From positions 2,170,001-2,234,000 of the forward strand of contig CDRNST010000002.1 in the NCBI GenBank assembly GCA_977016875.1: a stretch of 64,000 bases of DNA. The letters are read 5' to 3'. Positions 38,451 through 51,250 of this stretch are shown piece by piece. The notes under the pieces were generated by a model. The model was not told the origin of the DNA, did not search any database, and saw nothing but the letters and a program-made list of their open reading frames with translations. Position 1 is the first letter of the stretch, and each line of letters opens with the position of its first letter. Source of the stretch: Pavona decussata. Lineage: Eukaryota. A program made the translations under genes and the position numbers.

Positions 38451-39210
38451 ATCTTTAGGTGCCTAAAACTAACTGCCAGTTCATTGGATGTGGCACTTCC
38501 TTCATCACCCTAGATTACATTACATTTTATTTTCACCATCGGGCAGAATGATCCAAGATCATTACTTATTCATGAGCACCGAAGCGTCAAATTTGAAAAG
38601 ACCATAATTTGCCTGCAGAGCACTGACAAAACTCACTTTCTGACTTTCAAAGTCCTATCTTACGTTTTGAACACCTGAATTTTCAAGAGGAATCCTGTAC
38701 AAGTAAAATTATAGCCCAGATAAATGAATTTTTACGAAGGTTAAGGACTATCTTTTTGCATTGAAGAACTAGGAACAAACTGGCCTTTTAAGTGGCAAAC
38801 ATGTTCCTGATACGAAGTTTAGAACGGTTTCTTTGCTAAGCGAGATTGGCTTAAAAAAGTCAGTGTCCAGTCAACTTTGCAATCTCATAATTCTGCTTTT
38901 TGACGAGTTTTAATTGTATTTGATGTAAAGTTATGTTTTTTTAGTAAAAGAAAAAGAGTTAACACCAACAATAGCAACAGGTCGGTAAAACACATTTGAA
39001 ACTGTGGACTCTGTCAATATCATCGAGTCTTGTCCAATCAAACACCTCTCCTCCACTAGAAACTGGAGAGTGCAGGAACTTGAAATCAATGAAAGAACCA
39101 TCAGGACTTCCCAGGGTTCGGCCAAAGTAGTATACCTTCTGGTACTCAACAGCATAATATGCGTTTTTCTGGATAGAAAGCTCAATGAAGCTCTGCAGTT
39201 CTTGCTCATG

Positions 39211-39480
39211 TTACTCTACAATCCTATTATGCCTGATGTTGTTGATAATCTTACTGCCTTGAACTGGTGATTGAAGAAGAAAAGAGCTGGCAAACATGCA
39301 CAGGAACACACCACAATCAATGGTTCTGCTGTGGAATGTCCTTTGGTGTGTTTGTAAAAAAAAGCACAACTGCTTTACATCGAGGCTGCTATCCACCTGC
39401 TGCAGTAGCTTTTCTTGGCAGTGGCATTCTCTGCTGATGGCTTTGTAAAAGACCCTGCCTGGGTCGAGCAATGGTGGCAT
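39211..39480 (-). pseudogene. Ulp1/C48 protease fragment
   Basis: DCGVFLCMFA catalytic-Cys motif, with PQQN in the adjacent frame just upstream. Confidence 0.55.
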
Positions 39481-39529
39481 AAGGTTGATGAAGCGGCCGT
39501 CCGCAAATTTTGCTATCTCATAGTGGTTA

Positions 39530-40445
39530 ATGGCAGATTCTTTTATTCAGGCTTTAAGCAAAAGGCGAAATAGATCTTCCACGCGATCTAAGGAATCAAT
39601 TCCTTCTCCAGAAGCCAAAAAACCGAAACAAAACTTTTCTCCTACTCCAGACACAAAAGAAGATGACGAAACTCATTCAATTTCAAGTGACTTTGATTTG
39701 TCTTAGAAGCTTGGACAGAAAGCTGCAAGTTATTCTTGAGAAGCTAGAGAAACTCAACATAATTGAATCTACTGTGAAATCCATTCAAGCTAACCTCACT
39801 AAGTTGGAATCACGAACCCAAGACCTTGAACAATTCCAAGCACATGCGAAGAAAGAGATCGAAGATCTACATGAAGGTGTGAGATTTGCTAAAGAACAAG
39901 TTAAACAGATGTTTAAAGCCTTCAGCCAGTTGCAACAAACCTATGATTCCCAACTGAATGACATCAGAGCACATATCAAAGAATGTAAGGAAAGGGCAGA
40001 AGAAAGCGAAACAGAGAATCTTTATTTGGAAGCATATTCCAGGCGCGAGAACTTGAAATATATGAACATTACCCAAGACACACGTCTGGAAAACGGAAGG
40101 CAGGATACAGAAGAAGTACTCAGGTACTCAGGAACGAGAACTTGGTAACATGAATGCTAGAAATGTGAAAGACAGCAAATCCATCGCATTGGCAAGATAA
40201 CAAGCGACAAGACTTGTCCAATACTTGCTAGATTCTTGATACAAGGACTGCCAGGAAATTCTATTTCTGGGACACAAGCTCAAGGACACAAACTGTCAAA
40301 TCTTCAAAGACCTTCCCAAGGAAATCATAAGCCGATGAAAAACTGAAATGGAATCATTCAAAAATATGGAGTTCCTGCATCTTTCAGTCAATCCCAGCCA
40401 GATAAGTTGTACATAAGAGGAAAGCTATGGCCAATGGACAGAAAA
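39530..40445 (+). pseudogene. LINE ORF1p (coiled coil plus L1-type RRM/CTD), decayed, no ORF2
   Basis: Heptad-rich coiled coil, then LYLEAYSRRENL, HRIGK, PILARFL, IFKDLPKEI and PDKLYIRGK. Confidence 0.8.
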
Positions 40446-41084
40446 TTTAGTATTTAATATCTTTATACTTTTTTCACCTTTAAGTGTATGGAAATCTGCT
40501 ATATAATCGCTCGTTTCTAAAATTTACACTTAAAACTGCAGTCGGTAAACTTCTATGATGCCAATAGGTAGATTGATAGCTTTATTTAAAAAATCCATTG
40601 CAGCCCAGAGGCTGGATTGCAGACTGTGCAATATATAATACTAAAATGCGAGAAAGGATAAAAAAAACTATTATCAATAAAAAAATAACAGTATAAGTAA
40701 AAACAAACAAAAGAAAAAGGATACTACGTCATAAAATAAAAAAAAAAAATAGCCGTGGATATTTGCCGCAAATGCAAATGTTATGCGCCGTGCTTGGCTG
40801 CACTTTCTGGGTCCGTTAATTTTATTGGAAATTTGTTTCTATTTTGAAGTCTTATGGAGTTTTACTGTTTTCGAAACCTTTGCAAGGATGTTAGGCGCAT
40901 GTGGCCCTGTTTCAGAGGGACGAGAGCCAGCTGCCGAGTGAGGAAAAGAGCAAACAAATGTCGCTATCCCATCAAAGTGCAGCTAACCAACCGTATCAAT
41001 CATTCAGCAAGTTTCCGACAACACCGAAACATAGCTAATTGTGTGACCATTTCTCCATCACAACAAAACCAACAAGGAGCGAGG

Positions 41085-41380
41085 AAAGTCTACGTTCCGT
41101 CTGTTTTTTTTGTCAAACGTAATGTCTTTGGCCCCAAAAATGAATGAAGTCTCTGATGTTATTACAACTTCCTTTTTTGGACATTGTCTGCATAACAGAG
41201 ACCTGGTTGCACGACCACATTTGCATTCCATTCTAGAAGATCTACACGATGAGAAAATTGAAGCAATTTGGCTTCATTTACCACCTTCATGCCTTCCTAG
41301 GGGATTATCGTGTATAATTATAGCCAATGTTTACCATCCACAGACAGACAAAGGCGTTTCTGACTCTGACAGCTTGCTCT
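41085..41380 (+). pseudogene. LINE APE endonuclease N-terminal fragment with an internal deletion
   Basis: SNVMSLAPKMNE..EAIWLHL.PSCLPRGLSCIIIANVYHP. Confidence 0.7.
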
Positions 41381-43792
41381 ATCTTCCCTTTGGTTTGCCG
41401 CTTAGCTAGCAACTAGATGTTGCCTCGCTTTGTTACTAGCCCATGTCTAATGTTGTTCTTGTTGTGTGCAATTGTGTTAATGTATTCATTATGTCTTACT
41501 TAATATGCTACTTCATTCTTTAAATCTATTACGCTAAATGTATCTTTTTCGCTTTGTCGTGAAAGTCAGTCGAATGTAAATACTCTGCTGGCCTTGTGTT
41601 TTTATATCAAATTGTCCATGTGAAGGACGAGAAATTTAAAGTTCTTTACCAACATCATGGCCCAACAATGCAGTTTAAACTGGGAGTTTATGCTGCTGTT
41701 GCAACCTTGACGGGTGTGCTTCATAACTTGATGGCGCTTCCTCCTCATCATCAGTCATAATCTCAGAACTGCGTCCGGGGCTAGCTACACAAAACAATAA
41801 TTTGCTCAAAACAACTTGCTGATCATCACAAGCGGAATTGGAGAAGCTTGAATTCCAGCCATCTTCTTGAGTAACACACTCTCCTGAGTAATGCAACCTG
41901 AGTAGACGGGGATAATATTCAGGATAAAATTGCTATACCTTTTCTTTTCTTCCCCAATGTTGAGATGAGTGAGTTCTTGGCTTTAGGTAAGTGTGGATTG
42001 ATCCACAAAGTAATCATCCCCTTTTTCACTTAGGACAGCGCCTCAGCAAGTTGAACTTCCAAAGTAATGGAAAACTTCTTATTTCCTTCACCGATGTAAC
42101 CGAAAGTAAAGTTACAATCTGCTGCTGGCCGGAGTTCCTCTGTGCATCTCTCCAGTAAGTAGGCTTTTTACCTAATAACACTTATTTCTCTTTTAACGAC
42201 GAAACCAAAATGAAAATATCTCACCAACAACAATTTATAGTCCGATTAGCGCTCGTGGCTATCGTAAACAAGAAGTTCCGCTATAAAAGGGCAAGCTCCT
42301 CCATTCCACACCTTTGTGGGCGTCAGATGCAAATGTAGACGCTGTTCAGTGGTGGCAAGTTGTTGACTCAAGCATCCTCTGAAAAATATACCTCAAAATT
42401 TTATAATATCACCTCAATAATATAAGATATCAAGTTCAAATTTGTTTGACAAAGGTTATTATGAAAACTAAGCTAATATCATCGGTAAAAGCCGAAGGAA
42501 AAGGCACGTTGTTTGTCAGTTGTTTAGGTTCTGATGGTTGATTAACAACTGAAGGTGAGAATGCCTGGCCAAGCCCCTTTTATACCGAAACTTCTGCTTA
42601 AGAAGTCAGCGAGGCACCAGGCAAACTCGTGTGCGTGACACAGCGCTCCAGTTACCTGTGTTCTGATGAGCTGGTCACATTCTCCTTCCGGCTAAATGGT
42701 GCAAAACACTGCATGCATATTTACAGTTTGTGGATTTAACCCTTGACTTCTGTACGCAGTTTTTTAGCTGACTTTTAAGCTAGTTGAAGAAAAGGTAAAC
42801 CTTTATTTCAAATGTGAAATATTCGCCATTAGAAGTAAAAGTACCAACTTAAAAGGAGCTTGGCGTAATGCAAGTGACCAACAGCAACACACTATAGTCC
42901 AGATAAAAGTACAAGAACACGGACAAACAGAAAGGTAAAAATTTGAAAACCTTTCTGTAAATAATTTAAGGAATAACGTCTTCCTACTTTTGTCTTTTGG
43001 ATCCAGTATGACCGTTGGGTCACCCTCCGATGCATTCCATTAGTAATTATTATTGATAAGTATTTATCCAGATGCTGGTCTGTTTTTTTTTTTTTGGGGG
43101 GGGGGGGGGAGAAGTTGTAGTATTTTTTCCTCTCTCCTCTGGGAAGAAAGCAAAATAAATAGCAGAAACAGAATTATGATTTTTATTGTTTTCTGGGGTC
43201 TTGAAAATTTGTGGATAACAAAGTAATGTCAAAGAAAATACTGACACTTGTTGCTCCATATGTCTTTTCTTTCTCTGAGCCCAAGATATTCTTTTTTCTT
43301 TGTGAGGAGTCCCCCATATGTGCTTGGTAACCAGGAGACAGACTCTGCATTTCCTGAAATGATTTCTCTATAGTCAAACAAAACGCAAACATGGCAAAAA
43401 TGTCACGGATGAATACTACTTGCTGAAATCATTACCTGGTTCATTAGCATTTGAATATATTTATAGCATTCCAATATATTTATATAGATATTTGCACCCT
43501 TTAAGCTTCTATTTTAAGCCTTAAAAAGCTATATGTCGGGCCACAATGCCCGAATTATAGTAAAGAGGTCCATTATCTAGTAGAAGAAACGAACAAAACA
43601 ATTACATTATTGAGCTTTGTTCCCTTTATTTGGTAATTTAAGAAATTTAAGAATTAAACTCAGTAGCAAGAAAGATATCACACCAGGCAATAACTACATT
43701 ACAGATTACAGGAATGAATGCCACAAAACAACAACAAACTTGAAAAGCAGTAAGTGCACTGTTGTAAAGGAGACTTCAAAAGGCAGTAAAAG

Positions 43793-44041
43793 AAAGATAT
43801 CAATATCGTACACTTCCAAAATGCATTGATTGCTCAAGAAATTCATAAGGCCACTAACTTTGAGTTGCTAGAGAGACATTTTGCTGTTACCACGTACACA
43901 TCTAAACAATAAGGGGTGCATGGAATAAAGCGTTTAGTGAACCATGAAATAGGCCAATTCAGGCAAATTGGAAAGGGAGGTTGGTAGTTTACTAGAGGTT
44001 GCTATTTTCCTTGCGATACTCATTTCTTACCCCCCCCCCCC

Positions 44042-44075
<34 letters not shown>

Positions 44076-46762
44076 TTGCTGCTTTCTTACACAGTACTGT
44101 ACTATTCCTTGCATTGCTGTGGAAAACTGCTGGCATACTAGGATAAGTTAACCTGGGGAATCCAATGATTTATTTTGTGTTTCATCTGTTGGATGGCATC
44201 AATTGCCTCTGAAATTTCGATTTACCAAATTACATTTGAAAACAATGTTCGCAAAGTGAATTTTCAGTTTAAGCATCCAAACAGATTAGTCTGTATTGAC
44301 TTAAAAAAATGTGTCTTTTAAAGACCACAGAATGATATGGGAACTTGGGAGACGGCAATGTTCTCAATGGGTGCTCTCCGTTAACCAAGACTGTTAACTC
44401 TTAATTCAAAAATGCCCCACTGATAAGTATTGTTTTCAGTGATCAGTAAATCCTTTTCTTAGATGAGGTCATATCCAAGACTATGACTCTACGAAAACCA
44501 GCAACATTTAAACCTGTATTTATTTTATAGTGGCTGTTTTGAAAAGCAAAATTATTGTTTCTTCTTATGATATATTCTTAAATAGGCATTGATGGCATTA
44601 ACACATTTCTCCCACTCAATGACTTCATCCTCAGCAGGGAAAAGTTGAAAATATATTTAATTATGGCAAGTTTATCTTGGATTTAGTGCCAGCCTTCCAT
44701 GGCCCCCATAAACATTTCTGTTGCACAACTCATCCTCTATGAACAACCTGTTCACGAGTTTTACGGAGAAGTTCCTAGGGGATAAGGAAGCGTGCTTTAA
44801 TCATTGATGTCCTCACTTGAAAGCCCCAACAAACTGTCAGGTTGTTGTTATGGCTGCCCTTGTGGTCTGACTTGTTGTTGCCGCTAGGTGGACAGCTGGG
44901 TTCAGATAAACTGGATGGTGTTGTTCAGCAGGTGGGTGTGATGAAGTGAATTTTGATGGATTTCATTGATTCTTTGATGCACCAAAGGAGGTGTTTTGGG
45001 GCAAAGAAAGAACCAGCATCCAGTGTTGAGGGAAGACTTGGTTCAGGTGAAAAACTTATAGAGGTCTTTTAGAAGGAGTTCTGCAGGTAAGGCGGAGGAA
45101 AAAGGGGTTGTAATGGGTGAGAACAAGCCTTGTAGGCTGGGTACTGGAGGAATTATAGTTTAGAGATTTGTTTGTAGTGGCAACCTATCGGTGAAAGTGG
45201 GGGGCAACACCATGGGAGTGCATGAACACAAAAGGCTTAAGCATGAGGAACTGGGAAAAGTGGGCAACATATTCAAGGTAAGGCTGAAAACGAAAGACAT
45301 CAATATTGTACACTTTCAAAATTTATTGATTGCTCAAGAAATTCACAAGGCCACCACTAACTTTGTGTTGCTAGAGAGACATTTTTCTGTTGCCACATAC
45401 ACATCTAAACAATAAGGGGTGCATGGAATAAAGCGTTTAGTGAACCATGAAATAGGCAAATTCAGGCAAATTGGAAAGGGAGTTTGGTAGTTTACCAGAA
45501 GTTGCTATTTTCCTTGCGATACTCATTTCTTACCCCCCCCCCCCCCCCAAGAGATTGCTGGTTTCTTACACAGTACTGTACTATTCCTTGCATTGTTATG
45601 AAAAACTGCTGGCATACTAGGCTGAGTTAACCTGGGGAATCCAATGATTTATTTTGTGTTTCATCGGTTGGATGGCATCAATTGCCTCTGAAATTTCGAT
45701 TTACCAAATTACATTTGAAAACTATGTTCGCAAAGTGAATTTTCAGTTTAAGCATCCAAACAGATTAGTCTGTATTGACTTACAAAAATGTGTCTTTTAA
45801 AGACCACAGAATGATATGGGAACTTGGGAGACGGCAATGTTCTCAATGGGTGCTCTCCGTTAACCGAAACTCTTAACTCTTAATTCAAAAATGCCCCACT
45901 GATAAGAACTGTTTTCAGTGATCAGTAAATCCTTTTCTTAAATGAGGTCATATCCAAGACTATGACTCTAGGAAAACCAGCAACATTTAAACCTGTATTT
46001 ATTTTATAGTGGCTGTTTTGAAAAGCAAAATTATTGTTTCTTATGATATATTCTTAAATGGGCATTGATGGCATTAGCACATTTCTCCCACTCAATGACT
46101 TCATCCTCAGCAGGGAAAAGTTGAAAATATATTTAATTATGGCAAGTTTATCTTGGATTTAGTGCCAGCCTTCCATGGCCCCCATAAACATTTCTGTTGC
46201 ACAACTCATCCTCTATGAACAACCTGTTCACGAGTCTTATGGAGAAGTTCCTAGGGGATAAGGAAGCGTGCTTTAATCATTGATGTCCTCACTTGAAAGC
46301 CCCAACAAACTGTCAGGTTGTTGTTATGGCTGCCCTTGTGGTCTGACTTGTTGTTGCCGCTAGGTGGACAGCTGGGTTCAGATAAACTGGATGGTGTTGT
46401 TCAGCAGGTGGGTGTGATGAAGTGAATTTTGATGGATTTTCAGCGATTCTTTGTTGCATCAAAGGAGGGGTTTAGGGGGTAAAGAAAGAACCAACATCCA
46501 GTGTTGAGGGAAGACTTGGTTCAGGTGAAAAATTTATCGACAGGTTTTTCAGATGGGGTTCTGCAGGTAAGGCGGAGGAAAAAGGGGTTGTAATGGGTGA
46601 GAATTCTTGTAGACTTGGTACTGGAGGAATTATAGTTTAGAGATTTGTTTGTAGTGGACAACCTATCAGTGAAAGTGGGGGGCAACAGCATGGGAGTGCG
46701 GGAACATTAAGGGCTTCGGCATGAGGAATTGGGGAAAGTGGGCAACATATTCAGGGTAAAGT
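43793..46762. repeat. Direct tandem duplication, period about 1500 bp
   Basis: 43793-45280 is repeated at 45293-46762 with scattered substitutions and small indels. Confidence 0.95.
44565..44800 (-). pseudogene. BEN domain, copy 1
   Basis: SPRNFSVKLVNRLFIEDELCNRNVYGGHGRLALNP / DKLAIIK.. / EWEKCVNAINAYLR, frameshifted. Confidence 0.7.
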
Positions 46763-47450
46763 TGGGAGGTGAGAGGCAGGTTTGGATAGGAGGCAATACT
46801 GGGTGTGTTCTGGGAAACACTATCGGAGGGAGTGAAGCAGTCGAAATGACAAGCAACACCAAGGGAGCAGGGAGCAAGGATTGACTGACAGGTAGGCACA
46901 GGAGGAGCATTTGAAGAACACTAGATCATGCAGGTGCAGAAACTGGATGCAGTACTTGGGAGGTACTGGGGAATAGAGGAGATGACATTGGGAATACTGG
47001 AGGAACTACTATGGGGAGGGAGTGAAAGGTTAAAAGTTAGGGGTATTACATGGGGAGGACTGGGGCATAAAGGGATAGAAGGTGCCCTACTGGTAGTAAC
47101 TAAGGGAAATGCTTGGGTAGTATTGAGGAGGTAGGTGATGGCATGGAGGAACTAGGTGGAGAGAGTAAAAGGGTAGGAACAGTGATTATTGCATGGCGAG
47201 GACTGGGGGATAAAGGGATAGAGGGTGATGAACTGGTAGAAACGGAGGGAAGTACTTAGGGAGAAGAAATTGGGGCCAACACTTAGGGGTCTTAGGGTGC
47301 AGAGGGGCACTGGTAAAGCTAGGGTTGGAGGGTGATATGTTGGTTTCCAAATCTGGAGGTAGAGCTCTCTTTCGCCTTCTTTGAAGTGTGAAGCACTTAA
47401 GTATTGCACTTTGTTCCTTTTCTAAGATGGACATATTCAATTTTCTTTCC
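46040..47450 (-). pseudogene. BEN domain, copy 2, with an upstream Pro/Ser-rich region
   Basis: Same BEN motif at about 46040-46280, preceded by broken Pro-rich frames. Confidence 0.62.
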
Positions 47451-49015
47451 ACTTTAAATGCACATTGATCTCATCTGAAAATATTGACATTAGATGTTTG
47501 TTAAAGGTTGCTGTCAAATGTATTTAGCAGATATATAGTCATTGGTTATTTAAATGTAATAGAATTTTAAAAATTTTGTGACATTGGTGTTGTTACTTGG
47601 TATTCTATGTGAGGATGGACGCATTTTCTCCCAAATGAAATTGAAATAGCTTCTATCAATATTCAAACAAATTTTTTAGGGGCTGAGCAATGGCTGGAAT
47701 ACCGAAAATTGTTCAAATTGATCATATTATTGATCACTTAATTAATCGTAATAATATTAAACATGAAATTGTTACTAGTAGCCAAGTGATGTTTTTGATG
47801 ATATATCATATTCACTTATTGATATGTAGATGGTTTTCTGCTGAAAATTGCTCTCAGCGCCTTCAGCAATGATGTAGGTATGCGCTGTTCCCACTTCATT
47901 TGTTTCTGGGAAGTACAACAGCATGTGCTGATAAACTCTTTATCTTGCATTCTAGAGTTCATGCTGTTGATAAGAGGTGAGATTATTTCCCAAAGAACGG
48001 TGAGCATAATGCAAGTACTGTATGGAAAAATGGCATAAAATTGTAAATTGAAATGTAAACATTAAGTTAATGGTGCATATAAAACTTATTGGTAAGTTCG
48101 TATTATTTTGGTTGTGATACTTTTCCTACAGAGATATTGGATTAAGCTTATTAAGTTAATTAAAATTTCTGGTCATTCAGATTTTGGCTAAATTGATGTT
48201 GTATATTGATGTTTGCATTGGAATTTGGACTTTGTTTGATCTTCAAGCTTTAGCTACTTAAACTGGCAATTCAAGCAATTCAAGTTTGAAATGGTGATTT
48301 CCTGTTCACCATTGCGATTTATCTGTTTCCCCTACTTTCACTTGAGCGCAGGTTGATTGTTGATAAGAAGCCAGCAAACCAGTCAAAAAGTTGTACATAA
48401 AACTGCGTTCGAGAACCCTTTTATTATGTAGGCTTTCAAAAATGTGAACATTGGGTTGCTGTATCAAATAATGTTTACAACCTCATGAAATGCACATTTT
48501 TCTTATCGGTGTTTCCTAAATTGCCATTTAAAAAAAAATCATTGTTATCGTTACAACTGTTCATTTGATGTTTTGGACAAACATCAAACATCAAATGCTC
48601 TGATTCCCACCTTGATTTGTAGGGGAAGAACTGACAGTTTTTGGTCTGAAAAATAGCGAAAACTTTAACTTGTTTTGCAGTTTTGCACAGCCGTTTGAAT
48701 TGTTGCCAGGTTTTGGAACCACAAACAGCCAGCAGTCGGTGCTTGGTTACGTTTTTTTATATAATATTCCAAAAAAGTGGATAATCTACATTTCCCCCAT
48801 GATTTTTATTAGAAATTGAGGTGATGGGGTGATCGGCCTGCTAAGAATGCACTTTATAATTACCAAGTTAAAAAACAAAACAAACAACACTTTATTAAAA
48901 CAGGCAGTTACAATAATTACGGTATTTACTGGAATCTCCTTGCACTCTCACTGATGAACACAATTTGTTTTTCAACAGGGTAGATAATGATATAACTATT
49001 TCTATTTTTTTAATG

Positions 49016-49600
49016 TTAATCACATACCTCACTTCCACATGTCTTCATATGCTCACGCAGATCTGATAATGTGATTGGCACTTTGCAAATAAGACAGTCC
49101 TCATATTGATCTCTAAAATCCAAGCTGTCATCCACTGGATAGTCAGCTTGGATTGACCTTACATAGTTCCGTCCTGTTCCAAAGCAACGGATTTCGTCCT
49201 TGCGGCAGCTTCCATAAGAAACCACGTTCAATTTGGAATGTGATTTATCCTTCATTGTGAGGAGTTCAAAACCGCCACACATTTGCAAAGGACAAAATGC
49301 TCTAAAACAATATTAAACAAGTGTTAGGTTCTTATACATTTGCTACCTGGAAGGAGAAGAACAGCAACTGCAACAACATCATATAAACAATTACATAATA
49401 ATTGAAATCTTAACATACTTCACATTTGTCCGAGGAAGGGAAGTTAGTTGATCTTGTAACTAAGTTACTCATAGAAAACTTTAAACACCATCAGCATCGG
49501 CAATGATAGGGGGCAAAACTTTTTCCCCCAAGCCATTGCTTTTTAGGAGTAGCTTTTCAGCTGTGGTGGGTATACGGTCCTGATCTCCAGCGGAATGTTC
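49016..49600 (-). pseudogene. TE-associated ORF fragment (GGFELL..YVRSIQ family) with a zinc finger
   Basis: NGLGEK exon, then GGFELLT..GRNYVRSIQAD..CLIC..LREHMKTC. Confidence 0.4.
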
Positions 49601-51044
49601 TTGTGTACTTTCCAGGTTTCCCTTTTCAGTTCTTTCACTTTCAGCCGTTTAACCATCACATCCATGTCTGTAACATCCCAGGTGTCACGATCCATAGCTG
49701 CCTATTCCCAAATTCATCACTTGCAGAGTGAAATGCATAGGATTTATTTCATTTACAGCTGCTGTTGTGTTCAGTAAAGCTGCTTTGTAAGTGCTGGCAC
49801 AGTGATGTGTGTTTCTCATTGATTGGGGGCTATATACACCTGCAAGCGCTTTACTCAGCAACAAAATGAAAAAAGCAAAATTGATTTTGATTTGTTTCTT
49901 TCCTTTTTCTCTTGTTCAATCATTCTTTCTTTTTTTTGTCTATTTCCATTTCTTTTCATTATTTTCTGTAACACAATTCATTCTTCAGCACTCTAGAAGA
50001 ATACTGTAAAGGCAGAAATTTTTGTACTTGTTCATAGTCCACATGAAATTTAACACTTAATTTTTCTTATGCAGCGAAATGGTGCCACTTACAAATGTAA
50101 GACTTGACTTCTACATCAACGTAACAAAGGAGGGAGTGCCACACTTAATGCCGTGAAAGAGCAAAAGCACTTCAAAACACCAATGCGTGGGATCATCACT
50201 GTCCATTACACTTGTTCCTTTACCCTGCAGAAACTTGTACTGAACTTTGTCTTTTCCATACATTGACTGAAACAGCTTGTTCATGGCAGAGATCCACAAC
50301 TCATCCTCCTTGGACCAGTTAGCGGCCTTGCTGAACCATCCACAGCCACGAAAGCAAAAGTTCGTTTTGTGGGAATTACCTGTTGCAAATTTAACCACAT
50401 AATTAAATTTAAAGATTTTCCCCTTCATTAGCCGGACATCACTGCAGAAAGTGAGGATCATTAAAATTCATATCATGTATATTATATGATGGAAATTGAG
50501 TATTTTCTAGGTTCTCAAACAAGAAAACATGCAGTTTCAGGTTACAATTTCATTTTTCCAATTCATTGGTTGTTGCTTGATAATTTGACTTGATCATGCA
50601 GATATTTATCTAGATAACGATAATGACAATTTAATGATAAAAATGGTGACAATCACAATGACAAAGGCCATGCTAGTAATCAATCACCTTCATTTATGCA
50701 CTCTGTGGCTTTCTGGAACTGATACCGCAAAAACAACATTTCAGACAATCAGTTTGATGATCTGGTCCACTGTCATTAAAAATGAATGAATACGAACTGA
50801 ACTAGTAAACATAACTCAATAATTATTGAAGTACAGAAATGCCTCCTCATTATGTAGCTCCTCAGATTTTTTACCAATAAGATTTCCATCAAATTGTCGA
50901 CTGTTAAACAATTAACATGTTATTTGAAGTAGGATTAAATGTCGTACACTGAATCTATTTAAAAATCGTAGACCACTGACACTTAGTAAACAACTCAAAA
51001 TTTACGCAATACCATAGAGACGAAATTAGAATCAATGTACACTT

Positions 51045-51250
51045 ACAGGACTTTGCAATCCCGCCTTGGTCATGGTTTGTTGCTCTTGAGTAAAGTGTGA
51101 GGCTTTAAAACATTGGCTGGAATACTTGGCCAATGAGCAGTGAAGGCGAAGCAACATTGTAGAATGGTTGATTGTAAGATGGCCATAATCACCAGTGCCA
51201 AGAGTTACTCCACACAAATGACGCAGTAGGAATACCCAAAACTTACACTG
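51045..51250 (-). pseudogene. Exon with a RAG1/Transib/Chapaev-like YxHx4H..S(Q/E)GxE motif, degenerate
   Basis: DYGHLTINHSTMLLRLHCSLAKYSSQCFKASH aligns without gaps to RAG1 [32 protein letters not shown] (RAG1 sequence recalled). The exon is flanked by AG and GT. Confidence 0.45.

Noticed and set aside
43081-43110. Long T/G and C/A homopolymers as functional elements
   Set aside because: Such tracts are scattered through the window, differ between duplicate copies, and are prone to sequencing error.
19985-51250. One ProtoRAG/RAGL element joining the RING fragment and the catalytic-motif exon
   Set aside because: They are 31 kb apart and in the wrong order on the minus strand. No RAG2-like gene or RSS-like TIRs were seen.
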